The notes: generated by a model not told the origin, from the sequence alone. A stretch of DNA of 64,000 bases from Heterodontus francisci (GCF_036365525.1 NC_090403.1:43029095-43093094), one strand, 5' to 3'; positions 44,020 through 57,267 are shown, counted from the stretch's first letter. Made by a program: numbers and translations.

Positions 44020-44980
44020 CATAGATGTTGAGAGGCTGTTTCCCCTGGCTGCAGAAATAGGGTTTATAGTTTCAGGATAAAGGGTTGTCCATTTAGGACA
44101 GATGAGAAATTTCTGTATTCGGAGGGGTGTAAATCTTTGGAATTCTCTACCCCAGAGGGTTGTGGATACTCAGTCAATGAATATATTCAGGACTGTGATT
44201 GACAGATTCTTGGGCACTGAGGGAATCAAAGGCTTTGGGGATAGGGCAGGAAAGTGGAGTTGATGTCGAAGTTCAGCCATGATCTTATCAATTGGTGGAT
44301 CAGGCCTGATGGGCTGTATAGCCTACTCCTGCTTCTAATTCTTCTTATGCTTGGGGTGGATCCTTCATCAGCACACAGCCAGTGGGGTGCTTGCACCCCT
44401 GCATTTTTTCTGATTCTCCTGTAACCATTTACACCTCTGAACCCATCTTTCGTACCTTGCACCCTCCATAAACATGAGCTTATCCAAAACTCTGCTGCCC
44501 GCATCCTAATTTCCATCAAGTCTTGTTCTCTCACCACCCCTGTGCTCCACAACTGACCTTGGCTCCTGGTCTGACAATTCCTCAATTTTTAATATTCTCA
44601 TCCTTGTTTTCAAATCCCTCCATGGCCCTCACTATTGCTACAATCTTCTGAGATTTCTACGCTCCTCCAATTCTGGCCTCCTTTCCCTAATTTACATCAC
44701 ATCACCTTTAGCGACTGTGGAGGCAGGTTCAATTGAAGCATTCAAAACAGGATTAGACTGTTATATGAGAAGGATTGTGCAGAGTTATGGGGAGACGGCA
44801 TTAATTGAATTGCTCGTTCGGGGAGCTGGTGCAGACATGATGGGCCGAATGGCTTCCTTCTGTGCTGTAACAATTCTGTGATTCTGTGAACTGCCCCTTG
44901 GACTGCCTTGGCCCCAAGTTTGGAATTCCCTCCCGAAACCTCTTCAGCAGTCCTCCCTTAAGACACTCCTTAAGCCATAC
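44020..44980 (+). mobile_element. CR1 3' fragments interleaved with an L2 fragment
   Basis: CR1 tails at 44020-44350 and 44720-44890; L2 motif CATCCTTGTTTTCAAATCCCTCCATGGCC at ~44600. Confidence 0.65.
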
Positions 44981-45226
44981 TTGTTGGCTGTACTCTGCAA
45001 ATATCTTTTTAAAAAATATGTAAAATGATTTCTGGTGATATTTCATTCTGTAATTACTGAAATAGGAAAGTGTAATTTCCCCGTATCTGGGGTTATTTCA
45101 TGCCTGGATACATCTTTTCCTCTTTTTCCAATTATGATGAAACTAAGGAATTGGAACAAAGCGCGTTGCTGGTTTCATACGCCCTCTTCAGCCCCCGTAC
45201 TTACTCTTCCGCAGGCCATTAGAAAG

Positions 45227-48200
45227 ATGGCGGAGATGAATTCGCCTGGAGATTCGGAGTTTGCTAAACGCATAAACCCGAAGAAGGACAATCTGACAAC
45301 AGAACAGATTGAGTTCATGCGGAAAGTGGAGTTGGCTCAGTGGCAAAAAAAACTGCAGAAACGGCGCGGGAGGAATGTGTTTACAGGCTTAACTATCGGG
45401 GCCATTGTCTTGGGCATCTGTATCCTTCTAACGTGTTTAATGCTTTGGTGGAGATTTAAGTATGGCTTTATATCATTTAGCTTGGGCGTCTTTATAGATA
45501 TAGTTGCTTGGCTGTTGATTAACAGACTGTGTGATCAAATGAAATTGTGTGGTGGACCATTTCTATGCAGTAGCAGAATTTGTCTCAAGTTTTCTTAATT
45601 ACATAGAAACAGGAGGAGGCCATTCAGTCCCTGGAACCTGTTCTGCTATTAAATGAGAATCATGGCTGATCTGCATCCTAACTCCATCCACCCTTAATAC
45701 TCTTAACTAACACAAAAATCTATCGATGACCGAGCTAAAATTATTAATTGAGCTAGTCTTCTTCTTTGGCCTCCTTATCTCGAGAGACAATGGGTAAGCG
45801 CCTGGAGGTGGTCAGTGGTTTGTGAAGCAGCGCCTGGAGTGGCTATAAAGGCCAATTCTAGAGTGACAGGCTCTTCCACAGGTGCTGCAGAGAAATTTGT
45901 TTGTCGGGGCTGTTACACAGTTGGCTCTCCCCTTGCGCCTGTGTTTTTTCCTGCCAACTACTAAGTCTCTTCGACTCGCCACACTTTAGCCCCGCCTTTA
46001 TGGCTGCCCGCCAGCTCTGGCGGACGCTGGCAACTGACTTCCACGACTTGTGATCAATGTCACAGGATTTCATGTCGCGTTTGCAGACGTCTTTAAAGTG
46101 GAGACATGGACGGCCGTCCATCAGCAAGTATTTACTGCTTTTTGTGCGAGTTTCACACTTCTACCACACTTTGCATGTAGGAGTCTTTCCTAACTTCTCA
46201 CAGTTCAGAATTTAAGCATTACACCTGATGCTACACACTAGTCAGTATAGAAATGGTAAGGGGGTATAAATAAGTGGCTATAGTGGTAACTGCTGGGAAA
46301 TTTGGGACGAATGCTGGGAGTTCTACAGGATGGTAGGGCTTCACCTGAACAGGGCTGGAACTGATGTCTTTGCTAGCAGGATAATAAGTGCTGTGGGTGT
46401 AAGTTTAAATTAATATGGTAGGGAGGAAAGACAAATAAAAGATGGCCAAGCAGGAAGGAAAGAAAAAAATGACAAAGGGGATAGAAAAGGGTCAGAAGGA
46501 GGAGGGATTACAAACAGCAAGTTAGTTTGGGACAGAGGGAAATTTGAATTTTATGTACATCAATGCACAAAGTATTGGTGAGCTGGAGGCACAAATTGCT
46601 TTGGGCTGGTATGAATACAGCAAGACCGGGGCTTTGCATTCTTATTTACAAAACATTAAGTAGGTGTTTGCAGTATTAATGGAAGATCCTTTTATACCAC
46701 TAGATGTAAGATGAAATGGGGATCAATGAAAAATATATTTTTGGTGTGAGTTAAGGCATTTAGAGAAAAAGACGTAAATAACAGTTATGATAATGAATGA
46801 CTTTAATTATCTGTTCTATTGTAAATGATGTGGAGCTGTTCCCACAATGTGTCCAGGACTGCTTTCTAGATTAGTATGTTCTTCATACAAGGAAGGTGAT
46901 GGTGCTGGATCTAGACCCAGAAAATTAAATGGGACAAGAAGGTAATATAAGGGTAAGGGGACATTTAGGAAATAGCAATCATATCATAATTGGGTTTGAT
47001 ATAAAAAATGGAGAGGTAACAGTGACTGGAAAAAAATAGAACTGGTCCAGATAAATTGGAAAGAAAAAGTTGCAGATAGGACTGTTGGCAAATAAGGGGA
47101 AATGTCAAATGAAATGATTGGGGTACAAGCTAGATATATTCCCAGAAGTAGTAAAAGGAGTGCAGCAGAAATTGGAGATCCTTGGATGTTTCTAGAAAGT
47201 AAAATTAGCCTGAGACTGAAGTAAAGAGAATATGACAAATCTAGTACAAAATCAAATGGAGTATAGAAAATATATCAGGAAAGTAAAATATTAACTAGGT
47301 CAAGGGTAGGAAGAAAGAAAGACAAGGAGCTTGAAATAAACTAGATCAGGATTGTATGAACACATAAAATGCAAAAAAAAAGCCAGAAAAAAGGGAGTGC
47401 TGTATCGAGGTGAAAGAAATTTCCTCAGAGAATGAAAGAACGGTAGAGATACGAAAGGGTATTTTATTTAAATTTTACAACTGATTGGTATGGTGGGATT
47501 GAAGAAGTATGAAGCTATTAGAATAACTATAAAGAAGTAACACTGGAAGACTGGTGAAAACCAGATGTACTGGGCCCCAATGGCATGGATCCTAGAATGT
47601 TGAGGGAGGTCAGTGATGATGTAGCTATGACCACAATCCTTCAATTGTCCATGGAGATGGTATATGTGCCAGAGAACTGCCATTGGAATCCTTTTGTTCA
47701 AGAAAGGAACATAGCATAGAGAAGTCAGCTTAACATTGGTAGTGGGTAAGCTTCGAGTAGCTATATTAGGGCATGAATTTAATATTTGCATTGAAAGTTG
47801 TTAATTAAGGATGGATTTGTAAAAGGCATGTCATGTTTGATATTTAAGTGGAGTCTTTTGAGGAAGTAATGGAGTGTATTAATGAAATATGGTAGATGTA
47901 TATTTGAATTATTTAAAATGTATTTAAGTTGTTACATAGGAGGCTTATTACTAAAATTAAATTACACAGAAGAAATGTGGCAGCACGGGTATGAAGTTAG
48001 CTGAAGAACAGGAGAGCGGTACTTAATGAAAGCTTTATGGCTTGGAATTTAGAAGAGTAAGAGGCGACTTGATTGAAACATATAAGATCCTGAGGGGTCT
48101 TGACAGGGTGGATGTGGAAAGGATGTTTCCCCTTGTGGGAGAATCTAGAACTGGGGGTCACTATTTAAAAATAAGGGGTCATCCATTTAAGACAGATGAG

Positions 48201-49527
48201 GAGAAATTTTTTTCTCTGTGGGTCGTGAGTCTTTGGAATTGTCTTCCTCAAAAGGCTGTGAAAGCAGAGTCTTTGAATATTTTTAAGGCAGAGGTAGATA
48301 GATTCTTGATGAGGGTGGAAGGTTATCGGGGTTGGTGGAAATGTGGAGTAATCAATTCAGCCATGAACTTACAGAATGGCGGAGCAGGCTCGAGGGGCCG
48401 AGTGGCCTACTCCTGCTAATAATTCATATTCATATGTTCATATGGAAGGATATAAACAGTGGTGTCTGCTAGCGGTCGTATTAGGACCATTCCTCCCCAT
48501 TGTGTGTGTATATTTTTATATATATATATATATATATATTATACACATACTCACATAAATATGTGAGGAATGGTCCTAACACGACTGCTAGCAGACACCA
48601 CAGTTTATATCCTTCCATATGAATATGAATTAGTAGCAGGAGTAGGCCACTCGGCCCCTCGTGCCTGCTCCGCCATTCTGTAAGTTCATGGCTGAACTGA
48701 TTACTCCACATTTCCACCTACCCCCGATAACGTCTCACCCTCTTGCTTATCTGCAAATTCTGATATCATGCAAATTTATGATCTGATCTAGGGTATAGGT
48801 GCATGATATCAGAATTTGCAGATAAGAATCTGCAGTCTCGGGAGCATGCTTAACTGAGAGGACTGTGCAATTTCAGGGATCATATATATGTTAGTAGCTG
48901 GGGTAGATAGATGTTAGATGACATGTAATGCAGAAAAATGTAAGGTAAATTTCATGGGAAGAATAAGCGGAATTGTGCAATAAATGGTAAAACCTTAAAA
49001 GGATTGGGTTCAGATACACAAACCTTTAACAGCGCGAGGAACACATCGATAAAGCTGTGCTTTAAAAACAGCATGGAAGAAAGTACAGAGAGATTCAGTA
49101 AGTTGATCCCTGAGATGTGAGGCTTTAGTTACCTGTCTTTTCTCCGAGAACAGATCTATAATTTTCAGCATTTTTAAAAAGTTTTTCTTTCTCTCTCTCT
49201 CCACTTTGCTTATTTATGAAATTGCAGAGGTTAAGACTTTGTGCAACAAGTTATTTTCATATGACTTATAACTAAATGCACCATATATTTGACTTTTATT
49301 TAGCCACAGAACAGTAGTGGGGAATTTTTTTCATTATTTCAAAATTTGATTTACAACAAAGCTTTAGCTTTTGAACAGATTTGTTCAGATGTATATATAT
49401 TTCCTTAATAATCTCTCTAGATGGATACACATTTTATTCAGTGTCACAGGAACGTTTTTTGGATGACTTGGAAGACGAAGCCAAAGGTATTAGAGCAAGA
49501 AATGATTCCAAGACTTCAGTAAACTGA
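45227..49527 (+). CDS. COA3: Cytochrome c oxidase assembly factor 3 (CCDC56), join(45227-45419,49421-49527), 99 aa
   Basis: [99 protein letters not shown] matches COA3. Confidence 0.97.
45758..46125 (-). mobile_element. RTE-type LINE 3' end inside a CR1 tail
   Basis: ORF remnant [34 protein letters not shown], typical of RTE C-termini. Confidence 0.85.
46260..49130 (+). mobile_element. Old, heavily degraded CR1 LINE with a younger CR1 3' end inserted at ~48040-48435
   Basis: Collinear remnants from the ORF1 end (CTTCACCTGAACAGGGCTGG) through EN and RT (AGAATTTGCAGAT); younger copy ORF 48042-48419. Confidence 0.7.
48311..48826. repeat. Compound inverted repeat: ~180-bp arms around (TA)n plus a perfect 27-bp inverted repeat
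   Basis: 48311-48495 vs 48565-48742 reverse-complementary; 48746-48772 is the exact reverse complement of 48800-48826. Confidence 0.93.
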
Positions 49528-49787
49528 AACTTAGTTTATACAGCTTGTGTGCTGCTGCTTTAGGATTGGTCAAACTGAACATTATGTAGTAAAGAATTCA
49601 ACATGCTGGATCAAGATGCACATTTTTCCCAGAGAGCACAGAGGCTTTTATTTTCTGTCACTGTCTGCCTTGATCTAGGAATAATTTTGTGGCAGTGCAG
49701 CTGAAATGTATAATTTACTAAATTCATTACTTGTGATACCCGCTGTAATGTATGGCAACATTGAATGCATAGACTTGATGCACTATT

Positions 49788-49918
49788 AATAAAATTTGGA
49801 ACTTTGATTATAATTATTCTTGCCAACTATAAGGTTTGAAAAGAATCGTACAAAATTATGATTTTGTATTTCAGGTCCTATTAATTCCATAGCCTTGAAA
49901 TCTGTATTGTAAAATAAA
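49788..49918 (+). terminator. Candidate COA3 polyadenylation signals
   Basis: AATAAA at 49788-49793 and 49913-49918. Confidence 0.45.
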
Positions 49919-52900
49919 TCTTCATAAATTGTGAAATCTAACATGATTCCTTGTGTAAAAATGATATATAGATATTTAGAGAAAGCATAAACTTTAATGG
50001 TTCATGTTTTCAATGTCATGACTACAGGAAAAAAGAAATCTGTATAGTGCTCTATTCGTATCATATCCTGGGTATTGTATCCACTTCTGGTTTCTGAGAC
50101 ACGAAGGAGATGTTTGTGTCTTGGAGGTGGAGACAAAAGTGATGAGATTGATCGCCAGTATCAGAGTCACGAAAAGATTTTCAACCTTAATAGGGGACCT
50201 CAGTTATGCAAAATGGTAAGAAGCATGGAAAAAGATACATCCAGACATAATTTCAAATTGGATCATGACAGTAGGAGAGGGGCACAAGTTCAAATTAGCA
50301 AAGGCACAATTAGGAGTGATATGAGGAAGTTCTTCACAGTAATCACTGTATGCAATAGTCTTCCAGGTAAGATAGTAGAGACAATAATCCTGCACTCAGC
50401 AGTTGGATGTTATGATGGCAAAGTATAGGTTGTTTCTGGATGGATAGACTGGCTCTCCTTCATATGTATATTGTTAATATGTAACATTAAAACAATGCAT
50501 AAAGTGTTTATATCTATATATAACATTTTATGTTGCTCAAGGTGACCTGTGTCTTAAAACACAAACATATCAATGGGCTAATTCATGGAACATTTGTGAT
50601 GGCAAGATTTGCAAGTGATCATTACTACTTTTATACAATGTTATATATTTCATCACACTTTAGCTTCCAAAAGGTCAAATTAAGAATACTTTTTCTCCAC
50701 ACCCTCTGTTTAATGAGATCTCAAAGGGTTTTAGGGCTAGAGGAGGTTAGAGATTGGGAGGGGTGAGGCCATGGAGAGATTTGAAAATCAGGATGAAGAT
50801 TTTAAAAATCAATAAGTTGTGGGACTGGAAGCCAATGTAGGTCAGTGAGTATAGGGGTGATAGGTGAACAGAACTTGGTGCAAGCTAAGATACAGGCAGT
50901 AGGGACTTGTGTACAGCATTATATAACAGGATCTTTCAAATAAACTCCAGCCAGTTATATAGAGAAAAGCATATATTTAATACTAAATGGGAACTGTAGT
51001 ACAGTGCAACAATACAACAGCAATAAGCCTTTTGTCTCTTCCTTAAAACTACCACCGGTCTTTTGCTCAAATGGCCAGTTTCCCTCTCTGCTTCCGCCCC
51101 GCCAAGATGGAAAGACCCACAGCCTAACCTTTCGACAGCCCAATCCCTCAGGATTATTACAGCACTGAATGAAGTGGGACGCTATTCCTGCTAAAATTGA
51201 GATACTAGGTGAACAATTCTCAAGTTTTACAATCATAATGAACTAAAGAAACTTGAAATATTTTGGTGTTGAACATGTCCTTCATTGGTGAATACATCAA
51301 TTATAGAGTATATTTAAACAATTCTAGCATTGTATTCTGTGGATTATGAGTTAAAGTTAAAAACCCAAATGCTTTTTAAGCATTACATTCAAGAAAATAA
51401 TTGCATTATTTTTACACAAGTAAATCAGGCAATTTATTGCACAGTCTTCCTCACATATGAATATATTCAGAAACATTTTGTAGATTTAAGGCAAAATGCT
51501 ATTTGTACAATTTTCATAGTGGTTTATGATTTTTTCCCCCCAAAATGTGCAGAATCGCAGCTACAAAGTCATATATAGCTTTAAAATGATATTGCTCAAC
51601 TAATGCACATTAATTTAGATGGAGAGTTTTATTTTAGCTACAAACTGAAATAATTAATAGTTTTATGTTTAAGAACCTTTGTGGAGATTATTTTAAATAA
51701 ATTGTGAGGTAAGGCACCTACCAAAAATGGCAGAAAAATAACTGATTCACTCATTTAATGTTTAGAATATACCATAATTGCAGTAGATTGTTAGGATATA
51801 GTAAAATTTCTTGGATATGGAAATGGGGAATAGTTCCTTTCCACTGGGTCTAAATACTGTACATGCATTTATAAACATGTTCATGATTTTGCTATACCCT
51901 GCATGCCAGGAAAATTTCCCCCTTTAATGTCATCCTGATACATATAAAGGAGCTCTAGCACATGGTCAGTTATATGATTCAACTCAATAACCGACCCCAC
52001 AATTTTAACATGGTTGCCTTTGTGTCACAGTAGGTAGGTACAGTCTGCAATCTTTTTCATACAGTTATTACCTGGGAGAATTAGAGATAATAAGGACTGA
52101 TGAAGCTGGTGTTATTGAAATAGACGGCAACACTGAAGTTTTAATTATTTTGTGGAAAGCAGTAAAATTAAATGCACACTAAGAAAATATACCTATTTTA
52201 CATCAGTAATCTGCAGAAGTTCTACAAGAGCTTTTTTGGTATCACTCTTGCTTGATAGACACCTTAATTGTCCTGGTCCTGTGATTTTAGTCCTAGTAGG
52301 TTTGAAAACTTACATTAACATTTATTTTAAGTGACTTGCCTACATTTGTGATGTTACAAAAGGGTTGACCCAAAACAAAGATGTTGTTTGGTTCAAAGTT
52401 GTTGCAGGTAAATGCCAAGCGTAATGTTTTGTAGTTTGTTAAAGTAGACATTATAGTCCAAAAGGCATTATTGAATAATTTATACAAAATTCAATTTCCA
52501 TTATGAAGTGTGAAATTTATATAACTTCCCATAAGATGAGAACATTTACAGTCAATAAACTGAACCATAAGGATTTAGAAGGTCACCATCCTTTTAGTAA
52601 CTAACATCTTGTCCAAATATAGATAATATTTTTGCATTACTCGTATATTTATCAGTCGGTTTTGGGATTCGTACTACAAAATATTTTACAAAATTAAATA
52701 TATTTTGATAAAATAATTCTTTGGCATGTAATGTGTATGTAGAAGAATTAATGCATTGAAATCATTTACAACAGATTACACTAAACCTTCCATTGAGAGT
52801 TGCTTATATATCTTGTTTTAAAATTAGAGATCTCCGTATCAATACAATCCTTCTACAATTTACTGTTTGAACACTGCTATATATATATACGCACATATTT

Positions 52901-53689
52901 ACACAGTTAATAGTTTTTTTTTAAAACAGTGAGACAATGGAAGGATATATTTCAATACAAAAATACATATGATTTATATTGGTTGCTTAGCACATAGCAC
53001 TCTCATTGATTCGGAGTTGCCTTTACATTGCAGGGTTAACAAACTTACTCAAAAAAGATATTGTTATCTAATCCATTTACTTGCATTTGATTTTAAATCT
53101 GATTTGATCAGATTTCCTTAAAAATAAATTACCATGAATAGTATATTTTAATAAACTATCAGCAGTAACAAAAATAGATCTTTGTACCTGATTGAAACAG
53201 TTTAAGTATTGTCAAGCCAGAGAATGTGATCTGATTTAAACTGTGCTGATGCATTTCCTTGTTATGTATTTTACTGTTTCCAGAAATAATAGTATTTGGA
53301 AGGAAAAACAAATTGTAGTTATGTATCCTAATGTGATGTGACAATGGTAAAGGATGTTTCATCCCTTACTATAATAGAATTCCTGATAGGGATCATGCAG
53401 AATATTTCTGAACATCTGTCTGAAGGTCATAGATTTACATAAAATCAAGACTTTTATATGAAAATGGCTATAGTGCTGACTGTTTACATCATATAAATCA
53501 AGTCCAAATGGTTAACTGCAGCATTGGATCCATAAATCTACCAACAATGGACGATTTCTGCAGGTCATGCACTCGAGATACAACAGTGACAGATCTTTGT
53601 TGCAGCTGGAACAGTATGCATTTCTCTGTTCCATTTATTATGCAGTGCCTTAGTTTCTGATGACCAACTTTGAGCACAATTTAGAAGCC

Positions 53690-53778
53690 TTAGGAAAAGT
53701 AACCCCCAACAGTAGACGGTGTTTGCCGTTGATCCTGTGAGCTGCAGCTGCCAGTTAAGGAATTTCTTCTACTGAATC
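53690..53778 (-). CDS. WNK4: WNK4 terminal coding exon (as read; see frameshift finding)
   Basis: tgcag|GFSRRNSLTGSCSSQDQR... homologous to human GIMRRNSLSGSSTGSQEQR; in-frame TAA at 53692-53690. Confidence 0.85.
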
Positions 53779-54610
53779 CTGCAGACATTCAGCATAAGCA
53801 GGTTTATCATTAGAATATTGCATGTAAAATACAATCTTTTCAAAAATTGTAGCTGTGATCAAACCTCGTAATAGCTCAAATGAGTGAAAAAAGTAATCAT
53901 CTGATTTGATTCTGACTGTACACACCATATAAAAATACTCAGCACAATAATTTTGCCAATCCAAAATAAAGTCCATTTAATTAGTAATGAGAATGTAATC
54001 CCAAAATGTTTTCCAAATGTTATAAAGATCTCAAGTCAATCAATGGATCTTTTGTACTAAAAAGGAGATTCAATACACATAATAGGTACAATGGCCCATT
54101 CAGTCTCCCTTGCTGAGTGTAAAAAGTATTCCAGTCCTTTATAGTGAAGAGTTCATATGATTGCTTAACTCAACTATGTGTTCCATTTTGCTATTATTTA
54201 CACTATTCGGCATTTATGTCTGTGGTAAAGGAGTGATAGAATCGTATCTGGATGGGCCAGGATTGATCATATTTTCCCATATATTTTAATTATTTATGTG
54301 TGTCAAAATGTATTGATGCATTTTATCTCAAGGAAGGAAAGCAGGCTATCTGGCATATTTATTTAAATTGAGTCTCGTGTTGGCTGATTGTGGAGCACCA
54401 CAGATGATAAATCTGTTATCTACAGCTGTCAGAATGACAAGGGAGGAGTTCTGTAATATTAATATTTAAATATTTCAAATTACTTAATATTTAACTTAAT
54501 AGTAGGGAACACTTAATGGTAAACAAAGTTTCCATTAATTTCCATGTTCCTATGAAGTAAACACTGAAACGGTGTGTAATAATCTGGAACATTATTTCAA
54601 ATTAAATAAT

Positions 54611-54935
54611 GGGCGGCACACTGGCGCAGTGGTTAGCACCGTAGCCTCACAGCTCCAGCGACCCGGGTTCAATTCTGGGTACTGCCTGTGTGGAGTTTGC
54701 AAGTTCTCCCTGTGTCTGCGTGGGTTTCCTCCCACATGCCAAAGACTTGCAGGTTGATAGGTAAATTGGCCATTATAAATTGCCCCTAGTATAGGTAGGT
54801 GGTAGGGAAATATAGGGACAGGTGGGGATGTGGTAGGAATATGGAATTAGTAGGATTAGTATAAATGGGTGGTTGATGGTCGGCACAGACTCGGTGGGCC
54901 GAAGGGCCTGTTTCAGTGCTGTATCTCAAACTATA
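54611..54935 (+). mobile_element. HE1/V-SINE-type SINE
   Basis: GGGCGGCACACTGGCGCAGTGGTTAGCAC...CCGGGTTCAATTC; near-identical to 35390-35745. Confidence 0.88.
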
Positions 54936-55149
54936 AAAACTAATGAAAGTTAGCAAAGAAACATGTTCAAACTAATAAACAGCAACTTAAGACTGATGTC
55001 AAGATGCTGTTCTTCACTTGGATCAACATGTGGAATTGACTGATGGGTGCAGTAGTGGAGACAAAATTCCAAAATCATTTAAGAAACAGTTGGATACTGC
55101 GATGGAGTTGGAGGACTAGGGTTTTTATATGAGCTTTTATAAGTTAAAT

Positions 55150-55640
55150 GTTCCAACACTTTCCTGGCCAATCTGCCATCCTTCACCTTTCGTAAGTTTC
55201 AGTTCATCCAGAACTCTGCTTCCTGCTTCCTAAGCTGCGCCAAGTCCCACTCACCCATCACACCTGTTCATGCTGACCTATTTTGGCTCCCATATCTTCA
55301 ACACCCCATATTTAAAATTCACATCTTGCTGTTTAAATCCCTTCATGGCCATATGACTCCATATCTCTGTAACCTCCTCCAAGCTCGACATTTCCCTACC
55401 CTACATCTCACTGTTATTTTCTGTTCATCTGACTGCGTTCCCCCTCGCCATTTTGCTATAGGATTGCCTACCTAAACTCTCTGCCTCCCTACCCCTTTTA
55501 AAACTCCCCATAAATCCACCACTTTCACTAAGTTTTCGGTTACCATTCCTGGTATCTTAGCCCAGCCTCTAGTTTTTGATTATATTTCTGTGAAGCATAT
55601 TGGAATGTTTTGCTTCGATAAAAGTACTACATAAATACAA
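55150..55640 (+). mobile_element. L2-type LINE 3' fragment
   Basis: CAGAACTCTGCT...CACCCATCACACCTG...GCTGACCTA...TTTAAATCCCTTCATGGCC motifs and tail. Confidence 0.65.
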
Positions 55641-55864
55641 AAGTTTTGTTGAATGCCATTCCTAACCTCTATCTGTGCTGTGTTCTTACAAATGTATTTT
55701 GTATCATTCATGCATAATGATTAAACATTTTTGGTCTCTTCATTTTTTAGGTTACTGAATAAAATTAGATGTAATTGTGTTTACAATGTAAAGCTCTAAA
55801 ATATCAAGGAAAAGTAAATTTTCTTGTCATAAAATGTAGTTGTTCACTAGGTTATTATAGATAC

Positions 55865-56067
55865 CTGCTTGCTGTAAAGGCTCAAGTCGTTGCAGGCTGT
55901 TACGACGGGACTGGTTAAAATTCCCCTTAGATAAACGCCTTTGCCTTCCAGTCAAGATTGTAGCTGGTGATACTATTCCAGCAGGAGGTACTTTGCCCAT
56001 CTTTTCGTAGAGCTCCTCAATCTCTTTCTTCTGTATTGCCTGCAACCTCTGAACCTCTGCCATATGT
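55865..56067 (-). CDS. WNK4: WNK4 C-terminal coiled-coil exon
   Basis: aacag|[67 protein letters not shown]|gtatc; RRxS sites conserved. Confidence 0.95.
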
Positions 56068-56099
56068 CTGTTGAATTAACACAAATACTTCAGCCACTA

Positions 56100-56430
56100 A
56101 AACAAAAAGGAAAATATCATAGATACTGGAAATCTTAAATAAAAACAGGAAAATGCTGGAAATACTCAGCAGATCAGGCTCCATCTGTGGGGAGGAAAGC
56201 AGAGTTAACGCTTCAGTTGTTGGCCTTTTGTCTGTCCCAAAATTTAGCTTAGCTTCCAGGCAATGTATTATCCCCCTCTGTATATGTCCAGTAGGGAAAT
56301 TTGGATTTTGCACATGGACTCAAGTACCAATGTTAGGTCAATGACCTGAAACAGTGACTCCATTCCTCTCTCCACAGATGCTGCCTAACCTACTACGCAT
56401 CTCTGGCATTTTCTGGTTTTACTTCAGCGA
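56100..56430. mobile_element. Diverged copy of the palindromic Penelope-derived element with a ~120-bp spacer
   Basis: AATGCTGGAAATACTCAGCAGATCAGG...CATCTGTGG / CCACAGATGCTGCCTAACC...GCATTTTCT arms. Confidence 0.6.
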
Positions 56431-57267
56431 CTATTTTGGTTTCAGCAAAACCAATTTCCAAGTTTATATTTGTACTTTTATCAGTCTGTTTACCTACTGA
56501 TATGGCACAGCCAGTTTTTACTGAAATATAAGGATGCTGTTGCCTCTACACAGAGAATTGTGACAACAGCATAACTTTTTATTGTTCATGCCATTCAACC
56601 AGAAATCATGTTAGGAATCGTAAAGCCATGTCATATAAAATGAGAAGGATTTTTCCTCCTCTTGCATCTCACAGGACTATGCCAACTCCTAGGAAATGCA
56701 TTATCTCTCTATGTAAGCAAGCAATGGCCCTACACATCCAACAGGAAAATTTGGATTTTGCACATTACATTTCAGATGTCAGACTTCAAAGAGTCAAAAG
56801 TATAAAAAGAAGTGAAGGCAGTCAAATAATGGGTGTTTTTTTTTGACTGGCAACTGGAAATTTGATCACCTCCCAAACTTATCTTACCAAACAGCAATGC
56901 AACTAAAACAGAGCTCCATACTACATTTTACATCAGTATAATACCCCGCCATTATAAAACAGCCCATCATGCAACGTACCATGACAACTCCATGGGAGAT
57001 CTGCTAATATATATTATTAGCATATATATTTAGTACTGATCTCAACTAATGGTAGACTGATAGAAAAAATAGCAGTTTAGTATGACTGATTTTTACTGAA
57101 AAATCAGTAACCAAAAACAAAAAATGAATTAAAATTTCATTACGTAAATTAAAATGCAAGGCAGGTTTGAACTTAACTTTATAAAACATCTTTCAAAATA
57201 TAAATTCTGGTCCAATAAAATTGGGTACTGCACCACGAACTGCAAATAGTTCATAGCCATAACTTAC

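Larger units (their letters stand above)
45420..49420 (+). other. U12-type (minor spliceosome) GT-AG intron of COA3
   Basis: 5' site GTATCCTT at 45420. Branch motif TTCCTTAAT 49401-49409, about 10 nt before the TAG acceptor at 49418-49420, with no long polypyrimidine tract. Confidence 0.92.

Noticed and set aside
45035-45598. 187-aa ORF as a single-exon gene
   Set aside because: Only 45227-45419 is COA3; the rest is upstream sequence and intron read-through past the U12 donor
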